This document shows, piece by piece, positions 20,161-29,193 of a stretch of 64,000 nt of DNA. The DNA is taken from the IMG/VR virus record IMGVR_UViG_3300032516_000009, positions 1 to 64,000 of that record; one strand, 5' to 3'. A program made the position numbers and the translations under genes. The first letter of the stretch is position 1. Every line of letters starts with the position of its first letter. The notes beneath the pieces are model-generated. The model searched no databases, was not told where the DNA came from, and was given only the letters and a program-made list of their open reading frames with translations. This stretch comes from a virus.

Positions 20161-20670
20161 TCATTCTGACATTACTGTATTAACAGTAATGTCATTAACT
20201 ATTTGGAAGATTTCTTCTGGAGAAATGCCGAGTTTCATAATAACTCTTATCGTTTGATAAGCATATTTTAATACATGGGATCGCAAAAGAATTGAAACAG
20301 GAAAATGTTTAATTTTGTCCGGAGTCATATCAACTCTGACTTCTCCGGTTGATCTTCTAGTTACAAAACCATTGTGACTCGATATCATATTGTCGATATC
20401 ATTAAGAATGATATCGTCGATATCATTAAGAATGATATGGCGTTGTTCAACGCCAGGGATATGATCGAATATTTTGATCCATTTCCCTGGATAACGCAAG
20501 GCCTGGTTTAAGAAGACCACGGCCATTAAATGAGATCTACCGGCTCCCCTATAGTTGTCGATATTTAATAACCATTCAACTGATGGTAAATGTGTTAATT
20601 GACAATCGCTTAATTTGGATACCTCATTAAAATATAAAGTCAGAGCATCCACCCTAGATTTTACATTCAA
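20161..20670 (-). CDS. Small protein with a terminase-like P-loop fragment and VxxVM C-terminus
   Basis: RGAGRSHLMAVVFLNQALRYPGKWIKI; ends TVNTVMSE. Confidence 0.5.
   Translation of the reverse strand: MNVKSRVDALTLYFNEVSKLSDCQLTHLPSVEWLLNIDNYRGAGRSHLMAVVFLNQALRYPGKWIKIFDHIPGVEQRHIILNDIDDIILNDIDNMISSHNGFVTRRSTGEVRVDMTPDKIKHFPVSILLRSHVLKYAYQTIRVIMKLGISPEEIFQIVNDITVNTVMSE
20392..20438. repeat. Tandem 24-nt duplication; each unit is palindromic
   Basis: gtcgatatcattaagaatgatat x2 (encodes IILNDIDD/IILNDIDN); ATATCATT-aag-AATGATAT inverted repeat. Confidence 0.85.
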
Positions 20671-20709
20671 TCAATAGGCAGTATCTGTGCATCTCCTCTA
20701 ACTCAGATA

Positions 20710-21162
20710 TTATCTTTTGTTTAAATTCTTCACCATTTGTTTTGATAAATAAGATGGATCGCCCCATAATTTTTTAGTCCTCTTAGAAGCTTCTAAACAT
20801 TTACCAGCATCTTGCCAAGCTCTCTTTGAAGCATTGGTAACAGCGGTGCGGAATGTGGGATCTAGCCACTGTTGCTTTGAAATGTTTGAACGATTTTTCC
20901 TGCGGTCTTCCGACCATGCTTCAATAACACCGTTCCGATGAATTCTTTGGTACTCTGGCTCTTGATGTTTAGCCTTCATACCACACGAGATACATCTATA
21001 AAACCCAACTCTCCTAATTGTTCTGACGACGGAAGCTACCTTTAAAGATTGCTCCATCCCGCAAGCACAAATAACTGTTATAACTGAAGAACCGATTAAT
21101 TTACCTTCAATTTTTGACTTAACGATAGACGCAGGGATGCCAAATTGATCAATATTATCCAT
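20710..21162 (-). CDS. Truncated homing-endonuclease-type DNA-binding repeat protein
   Basis: Cys motifs plus W-x-D-P-x-(Y/F) helical repeats, as in the N-terminus of 25034..26722; no nuclease domain. Confidence 0.55.
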   Translation of the reverse strand: MDNIDQFGIPASIVKSKIEGKLIGSSVITVICACGMEQSLKVASVVRTIRRVGFYRCISCGMKAKHQEPEYQRIHRNGVIEAWSEDRRKNRSNISKQQWLDPTFRTAVTNASKRAWQDAGKCLEASKRTKKLWGDPSYLSKQMVKNLNKR

Positions 21163-21194
21163 CGTATAAAATACAATTGATAAACATTTTAATA

Positions 21195-22022
21195 CTAATC
21201 TATAGGAAGGATTTGTGCATCACCGCGGTCCTGAAATTGAGGTAACGAAACTTCGTGGAGAATATTGAAGTGTTTGTCACTTATGGTAAAATACACTGTC
21301 CAATATTTTGCATATTTAGAGTTTTCTATGACTCTTTCTATTTCATCTTTCACAGCCTCCGGAGTCCACCACATGGGATCCCCATCCCCATTTCCCTTCC
21401 GTTTACATTCCATCTGTAGAGATATTTCCTTTTCCCTAGCCTCATCAGCAATTAACTCTCGTATTCGATTTAACGCTCTAAAAAAACGATGACGTACTCT
21501 GCCCTGGGTCAGTTTCATCTGTTTGGCAATTTCCGATTGACATGTAGTCTCATACATTCGCCACAAAATTTCAAGATCTTGAACAGAAAATTTAGGACCC
21601 AATTCCAATTCAAAGGCATCTCTCTCGAGTTCGGGGATAGTGCGTAAAAACTGAATTCTACGTATCCCTCTATGTAATCGATAAGAAACAGCAGCTTGAG
21701 TTATGCCAAATATCTTGGCAATTTGTTCCTGTTTCATTTTATCTCTATGATATAAAATAATTAAATCAGATTCTCTCCTAGGTATCCTAGGAAGAAATTG
21801 TTCTATGGCGCCAAAATTTAATTTTTCCCCATTAGGTCCGATGTCTTCTTCGGACGGGGATAACCCCTGCTCTATAAGTTCATCAATTTCGTAATCAAAA
21901 TCGGATTCATAACTGTCGGGGTCTAATGAACCGAGCTCATACCCAAGACGATTACCATTACTAAATCTAGAAGACAGGTCATACGGATCAGATAAAATTA
22001 CGTGCGACATTTCCCCAGCCAA
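21195..22022 (-). CDS. Protein with two tandem sigma70 region-4-like HTH domains
   Basis: MKQEQIAKIFGITQAAVSYRLHRG and CQSEIAKQMKLTQGRVRHRFFRAL. Confidence 0.7.
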   Translation of the reverse strand: MAGEMSHVILSDPYDLSSRFSNGNRLGYELGSLDPDSYESDFDYEIDELIEQGLSPSEEDIGPNGEKLNFGAIEQFLPRIPRRESDLIILYHRDKMKQEQIAKIFGITQAAVSYRLHRGIRRIQFLRTIPELERDAFELELGPKFSVQDLEILWRMYETTCQSEIAKQMKLTQGRVRHRFFRALNRIRELIADEAREKEISLQMECKRKGNGDGDPMWWTPEAVKDEIERVIENSKYAKYWTVYFTISDKHFNILHEVSLPQFQDRGDAQILPID

Positions 22023-22134
22023 AGCGGAATTCTATTTCCGCGTAATATCTATATAGGTATCATGAACCGACATCTAGTTTGAATATAGTATATGGCCAGA
22101 GACTAATGTCTCCTCTAATACTTTACTAATGAAA

Positions 22135-23145
22135 TTATATATCCTTTAACCATGAATAGTCAGGATCAGTATGAATAGCATCAGAGGTCCTAATTTTAGG
22201 GCCCATCAATGATTGAAAAGCAAATGTGGGGAATGTATGTAATCCTAAGCCACTCTTAATAATGATGTCGGCCTGCTTATGGTCTGACTTAGCCGGTGTT
22301 CTAATCGACTCAATATTTATATTATCTATTAGCTTTATCAATTTAAGATTGAGTTTGATTTTATCCCTTAATGCCAAAATTTTCTCTTTTTCGGCCTTGG
22401 AAGCTCCAGGAATGCCCGATTCTATCATGCAGTCTATTGAATCAAAATTGCATAATCCAGCAGCGACTTTTTTCCGTAAGTATGGGACTCCCAATATTTT
22501 ATCAGAAGCATCCCCAGTCAAACTCTTGAACAATTCAATTTTGTTTAGAGGAACTCTGACTTTATATTTCTTCAATAAATGTTCTTCAGCACGTTCATGA
22601 TCAAAAAATCTATTGCCCTGAATTCCTGGTCTATAAATAACGGTAGTCGGATATTGAACTAATAATGGATAAAAGTCAGTATCTGATGATATTATTATGT
22701 TCAAATCTTTCGGATGAGCTTTAATATAACTGGCGATTAAGTCATCGGCTTCCTCCTCAATATGGTGGAATATATCAATACCGAGTAAAGTCAAAACATG
22801 AGCTATAACCTGACACGAATCGGACGCCTCATGCCCATCAGATAACTTGAATACCTCTTCAGCATTTAGTCTATCGGACAAAGACATCTTAACCGGCCCA
22901 AGACTAACGGTCTTATCCGGTTTTTTGATCTTATATTCTGGATACAAAGCCCTTCGTCTGGTAGGCACACCATCGATGAAAAATGCCATAGATTGGATAT
23001 TATCCATCGATAATATCCAATCAGACAGCATAGTCAATGAACTATGAATTAGACCAACGGACCGATTATTGTACACAATATCATCACATACGGCATTGGC
23101 ACGATGTAATAAATTGTTCCCATCTATCAAGATATTTTTATTCAT
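22135..23145 (-). CDS. 5'-3' exonuclease/flap endonuclease (PolI N-terminal family)
   Basis: LIDGNNLLHRA, EEEADDLIAS, IISSDTDF, LTGDASDKILGVP. Confidence 0.92.
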   Translation of the reverse strand: MNKNILIDGNNLLHRANAVCDDIVYNNRSVGLIHSSLTMLSDWILSMDNIQSMAFFIDGVPTRRRALYPEYKIKKPDKTVSLGPVKMSLSDRLNAEEVFKLSDGHEASDSCQVIAHVLTLLGIDIFHHIEEEADDLIASYIKAHPKDLNIIISSDTDFYPLLVQYPTTVIYRPGIQGNRFFDHERAEEHLLKKYKVRVPLNKIELFKSLTGDASDKILGVPYLRKKVAAGLCNFDSIDCMIESGIPGASKAEKEKILALRDKIKLNLKLIKLIDNINIESIRTPAKSDHKQADIIIKSGLGLHTFPTFAFQSLMGPKIRTSDAIHTDPDYSWLKDI

Positions 23146-23713
23146 ACTTTATTAAATAGGTAGTAGGAAAATCCATAAGTAGCGGTTTGGACGCTAAATC
23201 AGCCGTGATTTGCACACTCTTTTTGTCTTCAAAAATGAAAGTAATCCGCCCTATTAAGTTCTTATAATTTCCTTCAATAACCTTGATCTTATCTCCGATT
23301 TTGAAATTAACTTGTTTAAGATCATTCATACCCTTACGCAATGGCTGCAATTGAAAATCTTCTAATAATGAATATCTCGGATTTTTCACTCCACCAGTAC
23401 ATAAAACGGAACTAAAATACATAGTCTCTTGCAATCTCAGATATGAAACATTTTCTTCATATTTAATGAAGACATATCCATCCATGAAAAACATAGTTTG
23501 AGAATCGTCACGTACGGTCTGTGAAATAGCTGGCACGAATACATCAAGTTTCCTCCTTAAAATCTGATGGACAGATTTAACAATGAGAGGTATTTTCTTT
23601 TCTCGTTCTCCAGCAGGAGTAAGTTGGACTATTACCCATTTAGGCGGAGGGACTTTTACCTTTAACCCTGCCGATGAACTTTTCAATGAATTGTTTTTCC
23701 GTAAGAGGGACAT
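23138..23713 (-). CDS. nusG: NusG-family transcription elongation factor (NGN + KOW)
   Basis: WVIVQL..GERE, VFVP, FMDGYVFI, FKIGDKIKVIEGNYKNLIGRI. Confidence 0.85.
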   Translation of the reverse strand: MSLLRKNNSLKSSSAGLKVKVPPPKWVIVQLTPAGEREKKIPLIVKSVHQILRRKLDVFVPAISQTVRDDSQTMFFMDGYVFIKYEENVSYLRLQETMYFSSVLCTGGVKNPRYSLLEDFQLQPLRKGMNDLKQVNFKIGDKIKVIEGNYKNLIGRITFIFEDKKSVQITADLASKPLLMDFPTTYLIKYE

Positions 23714-25016
23714 GATCTTTGTTCAACTTTACGGAAACAACATCGGTATTCGTTTCAATTTCTGTCATGAGAGCCTGTTTTCCTACAATTTTCGAATCTA
23801 AAGACGTTAAATTCTCATCAGATGAAAATTTAATACCATCAAATTCGATAGTTTTTACCGAATGCTTAGGCTCAGATGTTGGTGCAAATTCAGCTTGTAA
23901 CTTTGGTTGAATTTCCGATTGAGTTTCAGACACAAGAGTTTCAGACATAGATTGATGTTCTCTAATCGGTTCAAATACTCTAGGTTGTGGTATGAATACG
24001 CTAATATCATTTCTAAATGATCGTTTCAATAAAACAGCCTCAATGTCAGAGATTACTGGCCTGTCTATTTTGCCTAGATCTTGTGCTACTTCAATAAGAT
24101 CACAGGGTAAATCGTCTCTAATCTCAATCGGATACGCATACCCAATCTTCATCTTTTGCCGCATGATGGACGAAATCGCTAATACTATGTTATGCCGAAT
24201 CCATGTCGGAGTTTCATTGGCTGCCAGTTTATCGAGCATTTCAAATGCAACAGCCGGCTTGGAGTCTATATTTCGCAATATTTGAAGTATCAAATCATAA
24301 TTATCAAAACCAAAAAGGGTGCGTACAGAATTGCATGTGATTGTTCCTAAATTAGAGAGAGACTCAATACTGATGATACAAGATCGAGGGCAACCACGAT
24401 GAATTTTAATTATTTGATATATAGCATCTTCTTCAACTTTGATTCTTTCTGAACGACATATATCCCTAATCCTATAACAAAGATCATCTTTAGATGGGTA
24501 TTGAATTGAATATTCTTCAACTCGAGATCGTATAGGCTCTCTGATCTTATGTGGTTCAGTAGTACATAATATGACAAATAGTGTACGATCCTCAATCGCT
24601 TTCAAAAGTGCATCTTGCGCAGACGCAGAAAGCCTCTGAGCTTCATCTATAATATAAATATTTGAACCTGGTAATGATTCATATTCAGATTCCTTAACCA
24701 TAGACCGAATTTTGTCTACGGTTCCTTGTGAGGCTGCATCTAATTCTTCAATATTCTGATTGGTCTCATTCAAAGCAGAAATACACGATGGGCATTCTCC
24801 ACAGGGTTCCCCGTCTTTAAGATCGATACAAACAAGTGCCCGCGCCACCAATCTGGCCAAAGTTGTCTTACCACACCCTTTGGGTCCCCCAAAGAGCATG
24901 GATTGTTCACTTAGAGTATGATTACGACTCCGTGTGAGTAAAAGCTTTCTGACTACATCATTACCTAAGACTTGATCGAATTTCCTGGGCCGATACTTTA
25001 GGTCTAATCGTAACAT
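23640..25016 (-). CDS. dnaX: DNA polymerase III clamp-loader gamma/tau subunit (likely start MLRLDLKYRP)
   Basis: KYRP, GPKGCGKTT, C..PCGECPSC Zn module, ELDAAS, IIDEAQ, IRSR. Confidence 0.93.
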   Translation of the reverse strand: MLRLDLKYRPRKFDQVLGNDVVRKLLLTRSRNHTLSEQSMLFGGPKGCGKTTLARLVARALVCIDLKDGEPCGECPSCISALNETNQNIEELDAASQGTVDKIRSMVKESEYESLPGSNIYIIDEAQRLSASAQDALLKAIEDRTLFVILCTTEPHKIREPIRSRVEEYSIQYPSKDDLCYRIRDICRSERIKVEEDAIYQIIKIHRGCPRSCIISIESLSNLGTITCNSVRTLFGFDNYDLILQILRNIDSKPAVAFEMLDKLAANETPTWIRHNIVLAISSIMRQKMKIGYAYPIEIRDDLPCDLIEVAQDLGKIDRPVISDIEAVLLKRSFRNDISVFIPQPRVFEPIREHQSMSETLVSETQSEIQPKLQAEFAPTSEPKHSVKTIEFDGIKFSSDENLTSLDSKIVGKQALMTEIETNTDVVSVKLNKDHVPLTEKQFIEKFIGRVKGKSPSA

Positions 25017-25033
25017 GAACATTAAAATTACAT

Positions 25034-26722
25034 TCACACTGTTTTATATAACACAAATTTTATCTTCTCTTTGCCCAAAACTTTAGTATACCCGAATTCC
25101 TCAGCGTATTCGCGTTCTTTCTTCCCCATTTTCACTGCATGTGTATATAGTGTCTTTTTATGCATCATCCACCCATTCTTATCAATATAATAGTAATCAG
25201 GAGCAATGGTACATATTTGTTTCCAATTACTCGATCTGTATATAGATCCAGTATGTCCATACGTCAAATCAGCAAATGACACCAGAGTTGATATTTTATT
25301 GAATGATTCAAATACCATGTCCGAACATCTAGATACAAACCAAGAAGCAAAATTCTTCTTGTGTCTTCTAGGATGTATACAGAATCTATCTAATTCTAAA
25401 ACTTCAGAAAATTTTTTCGATATTGATGTAGCTACTTCTTTTCTAACTGGTGTTGAAAATTTACAAATAGCTAATAACTCATCACACGCATACGCACCAA
25501 ATATGATCTTGGCAGCTCTACCATATTGTGCATAGTGAAATGAATTTAAAAACTCACGAGATTTATTAATATTTGTTATTTTAATTTTAATATCGTTGAA
25601 GTTAAAATCTACAAGTTTCTCTTCACCACGACCGTATAATTCATTCATTATCTTTTGTTTAACAATAAATGGGTTTAGGAAATCACGTTCGTGTAAATAT
25701 ATAATTCTAGACGATGGACACGATTTTTCCAGGTAAGAAAACTTGGCAGCGTCATTCCTCTTAGCATTTGGAAGAGAATGCCAGTATTCCCCTTGACATT
25801 CTATATATACATCAAATGATGGTATATAGAAATCAAACACATATGGACCGATATTCCTTTGTTCAACGCTGTTAACATTCATAATATCAAGTAATTTTTT
25901 GGTTATAATTTCTATACTAGAACGTTTACCAGATAATAAAAACTGAGAACGCACTTTAGCAAACTGATCACGAAATTCATTATTCTGCCATTGTCTTCTG
26001 GCTGATTCAACTTTCTTCAATTTATATTCTGGATTTGCCCACAACCGTTTTATGGCTTCACTTTGCGTTTGTCTATACTCTGGATCATTCCACAATAAAT
26101 AAGTAATACTTCGTTTATGATCCCTGCTGTTATCTCCTTTGAGTATTCCTCTAAGATGATCACCGAATTCAGATCTCCATCTATTAATCATTATATTGCT
26201 CTGTTTAGACCTTCTTTCCTCATCCCACGATAATTTACTCAACTTCTTCATCTTAGATGAGTATTGAGGATCATCCCATAATTGTTGCATAGCTAATGAA
26301 TATTTACTCGAATAATCCTTCTCTTTATGCATCCTCAGGGCCGTATTTATGATTTTTTCTTTATATCTATCATTCTCCCATAACTGTCTGGATGCAATAC
26401 TCTGTGTATTTCTACGTTCTTCATCCCATACTCTTTTCTCACTATTTATGATATTTGCTCTATACTTATCATCCTCCCACAACTTTTTCATGTTACGAGA
26501 TCTGTTTGATATGATTTCCTCTGATGCAGATCGACATTTACTACACAGACAATCTCCGAATTTTTTGACCGCCAATTTGACACAACGAACACTTGTTTCT
26601 CGCTGTGTAGTACAAATCCGGCAAGTCAAGAGTACTCTTGACTTGCCGGATTTGATCTCCCCAAATTTCTTTATGGTGTCGTTTAGATCTATATGTTGGA
26701 ATACATCATCCATATTTATCAT
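25034..26722 (-). CDS. Fusion: Trp-repeat DNA-binding region + Vsr/DUF559 endonuclease + Mom-like GNAT domain
   Basis: LWxDxxYR repeats; YVFDFYIP..IECQGEYWH; EFLNSFHY, ELDRFC, VSFADLTYGHTGSIYRSSNW. Confidence 0.7.
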   Translation of the reverse strand: MINMDDVFQHIDLNDTIKKFGEIKSGKSRVLLTCRICTTQRETSVRCVKLAVKKFGDCLCSKCRSASEEIISNRSRNMKKLWEDDKYRANIINSEKRVWDEERRNTQSIASRQLWENDRYKEKIINTALRMHKEKDYSSKYSLAMQQLWDDPQYSSKMKKLSKLSWDEERRSKQSNIMINRWRSEFGDHLRGILKGDNSRDHKRSITYLLWNDPEYRQTQSEAIKRLWANPEYKLKKVESARRQWQNNEFRDQFAKVRSQFLLSGKRSSIEIITKKLLDIMNVNSVEQRNIGPYVFDFYIPSFDVYIECQGEYWHSLPNAKRNDAAKFSYLEKSCPSSRIIYLHERDFLNPFIVKQKIMNELYGRGEEKLVDFNFNDIKIKITNINKSREFLNSFHYAQYGRAAKIIFGAYACDELLAICKFSTPVRKEVATSISKKFSEVLELDRFCIHPRRHKKNFASWFVSRCSDMVFESFNKISTLVSFADLTYGHTGSIYRSSNWKQICTIAPDYYYIDKNGWMMHKKTLYTHAVKMGKKEREYAEEFGYTKVLGKEKIKFVLYKTV

Positions 26723-27260
26723 TAGACATTAAACATTTATGCATATCAATCAGTGAGTCATTCCATTGTCCATTGCGCTCTGCTACTTCAGGAAATTCCT
26801 GTAGCGATGGAGCTTGAACACGCCATTTCATCTCCCCATCTTCTTCCTTCTCTTCTCCAATACATCGTGTTAGAAGATGATCAACAATGGCAGTTCGCTG
26901 TGTTTCATTATAATCATTCCATACTTCTAAAGCGATCTCCACCACAAAATCATATCCAGTAAGAAACGCATATTTACCAGACATTTTATATACATTGCCA
27001 GGTATAAGAATCCCAGCTCGCTTAGCCGCTCTATTCCTACAAATATATCTGATTTTGGCATCAGCAAGATGACTGTGGAATTTTGGTATTAACTTTAAAG
27101 CACGCTGTTCAGCGGCTTCAAAATCATCAAACAAGAGCGGAATCGGTTTAACTTTGTTCGGTTTCTCAGGGGCACCGTCACTCATATACCCTCCTACAGA
27201 AATGTCAAAACCTGTTTGTTGAAATAATTGACGAATGTCGTATCTCCGACTCCACGCCAA
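26706..27260 (-). CDS. Phage metallopeptidase-like protein with a degenerate zinc motif
   Basis: HSHLADAKIRY, YDFVVEI...W...QRTAIVDHLLTRC, LQEFPEVAERNGQW. Confidence 0.65.
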   Translation of the reverse strand: MAWSRRYDIRQLFQQTGFDISVGGYMSDGAPEKPNKVKPIPLLFDDFEAAEQRALKLIPKFHSHLADAKIRYICRNRAAKRAGILIPGNVYKMSGKYAFLTGYDFVVEIALEVWNDYNETQRTAIVDHLLTRCIGEEKEEDGEMKWRVQAPSLQEFPEVAERNGQWNDSLIDMHKCLMSNDKYG

Positions 27261-28012
27261 TATTCGTTGAGATCTTTAGTTTCTTTTCCGTTCAGAATGA
27301 CTTTAGGGTATTTGATATCATGTAAATTAATATGAGGCAGTTCACCAAATTTTTCTCGCAATGCTGCCACGCCCTTTCTTCCTCCAAGATCCAAATCCAG
27401 GCATGAATTTACATTCTGGACAAATCTAGAGATAAATTTTAGTTGATTAGCTCCAATGGAACTAGTAGTTAATGCCAATACATTACGCGAAACTAGACGT
27501 TCAAAGGTGAGCTGATCAAAAGCCCCCTCCACCAAGAACACCTCTTTTCTGGCCCATATGATATCGATATTCGGTCCCAATCCGAAGAAATAACCATATG
27601 GATAACGTCTAATTATGAATGTGTCATATCCTTTCGCGACCATTGATCTAATCTGAAAACCGATACATCCACCAGTATAATCAGTTAATGGTAGTACAAT
27701 ACATCCGCGAATTCGTCTTCCAATAAAGCGCTCACGTGTTTCATTGTCCCAAATAGACGACCATGTATTATATCTACAGCTGTCGCACCATAAATGTTTC
27801 TTTTCTCTGTTATTACAAATATCTGATTTATGTCCGGGATCTTTAGATGCGTCCGCACAATAATCATCAGGTATATAACCTATTCTATGTCTAATCCACT
27901 GTTCTTCAGATACGCATCTGCCAGTTAAATATGACTTAGCATCATCATTTTCTAAGAGAGCTGTAGACGCCCAATCTAAAAGATGATCAACAAAAGACAT
28001 CTGACCCCGCAT
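27194..28012 (-). CDS. dnaG: DnaG-type primase catalytic/TOPRIM core (no N-terminal CHC2 finger)
   Basis: YLTGR, IGY, IVLPL..G.CIGFQIR, LVEGAFD, DLD. Confidence 0.85.
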   Translation of the reverse strand: MRGQMSFVDHLLDWASTALLENDDAKSYLTGRCVSEEQWIRHRIGYIPDDYCADASKDPGHKSDICNNREKKHLWCDSCRYNTWSSIWDNETRERFIGRRIRGCIVLPLTDYTGGCIGFQIRSMVAKGYDTFIIRRYPYGYFFGLGPNIDIIWARKEVFLVEGAFDQLTFERLVSRNVLALTTSSIGANQLKFISRFVQNVNSCLDLDLGGRKGVAALREKFGELPHINLHDIKYPKVILNGKETKDLNEYWRGVGDTTFVNYFNKQVLTFL

Positions 28013-28598
28013 CTGGACAAAATGCCAGACCGGATCTTACATTGTGTAATAAAATCCCGGTTCCTCCTCCGAGAAACTGGGTATACATGCCAACCATGTC
28101 TGGTCTGGAACAAAAAGTTGGGACAGAAATTTTTGCCGGAATTATATGGCAGTATTCATCATATTTTCTATTATCAATATTTAATTTGGATTTAAAGAAC
28201 TTTTTAATTTTATTCTGATCCCAAGAATCAGGGATTAGGCATGCATGGGGTTGGGTTTTTACCATCCCACTTCGATCACCAATATAATCCGCTGCTAATT
28301 TAGCAGCATTTGGTCCCATGAACATGTTATCCCATTTTTCAGATTGAGATAACATGATAGCTGCGTTAAACATCTCGGTAATAACATCATCCAACCGGTC
28401 AGAGTCATATTCAAATACCCCAACTCTAATTCGATTTTCACGAGTTAATTTCCTAGAGACTAAAAAACCGCCTCTGCTATTGCTGATGATGGCTGGTACG
28501 AATCCCGGATTAGCTGGGACCTCAATCATATATGGAGAGGCCGATAAACCACGCTTCGGTCTGTGTAAATCATGTTCTAGAATCTTTAATAGAATCAT
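27987..28598 (-). CDS. Hypothetical protein, possibly a truncated capsid-like paralogue
   Basis: 203 aa; C-terminal FCSRPDMVG...GILLHNVRSGLAF. Confidence 0.45.
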   Translation of the reverse strand: MILLKILEHDLHRPKRGLSASPYMIEVPANPGFVPAIISNSRGGFLVSRKLTRENRIRVGVFEYDSDRLDDVITEMFNAAIMLSQSEKWDNMFMGPNAAKLAADYIGDRSGMVKTQPHACLIPDSWDQNKIKKFFKSKLNIDNRKYDEYCHIIPAKISVPTFCSRPDMVGMYTQFLGGGTGILLHNVRSGLAFCPDAGSDVFC

Positions 28599-29178
28599 CA
28601 GTCCACAATTCCTTAGGAAGATCAGATTCCGGTAATTGACATACAGAGGGTTCGGCTTTCATTCGTCTCTTACGCATTTTATCTATTAGTTTATGCATGA
28701 ACGAGGAAATGAACAAAATTATTTTATAAAACCACGATATTTTATATTTATATATCCTATCATTAACCACCCATTGAAGAGCCGCTATATCTGCATATTT
28801 GTCATATACATATTCATCATCTTCCATTAATTTATTAAACTGATCTTCTGCTTCTTCTGCTGAAATCTTTGGAAAGAACCATTTACAAGTTTCTGCTATT
28901 TGATTACGGTCGCATATAATACCAGGCCATGTCTTGGGATTTTGAGCCCCATACATACAATAGTATGCATCTTTCTCTTCCTGGATGAAAACGACCGTCG
29001 AAACTTGACGTGGCGCGAGTTCAATTTCTACAGTATTTCGTGTTTGATTAAATGGTTTTTGTGAATAATTATAAGTACAATTTACATGCGTTCTTTTCTG
29101 AGTGCTATCGATATGCTTCTTGGCATACCTAAAACGTAGTTTTTTAAGTCTCCTCTGAATCTCAGATTGTGATTTCAC
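28570..29178 (-). CDS. Hypothetical protein with Cys motifs and a hydrophobic/amphipathic helix
   Basis: 202 aa; WFYKIILFISSFM. Confidence 0.5.
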   Translation of the reverse strand: MKSQSEIQRRLKKLRFRYAKKHIDSTQKRTHVNCTYNYSQKPFNQTRNTVEIELAPRQVSTVVFIQEEKDAYYCMYGAQNPKTWPGIICDRNQIAETCKWFFPKISAEEAEDQFNKLMEDDEYVYDKYADIAALQWVVNDRIYKYKISWFYKIILFISSFMHKLIDKMRKRRMKAEPSVCQLPESDLPKELWTDDSIKDSRT

Positions 29179-29193
29179 GCTTCACCATACGTG

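Noticed and set aside
23640-25016. Programmed tau/gamma frameshift in dnaX
   Set aside because: No convincing slippery heptamer with a downstream hairpin found by eye
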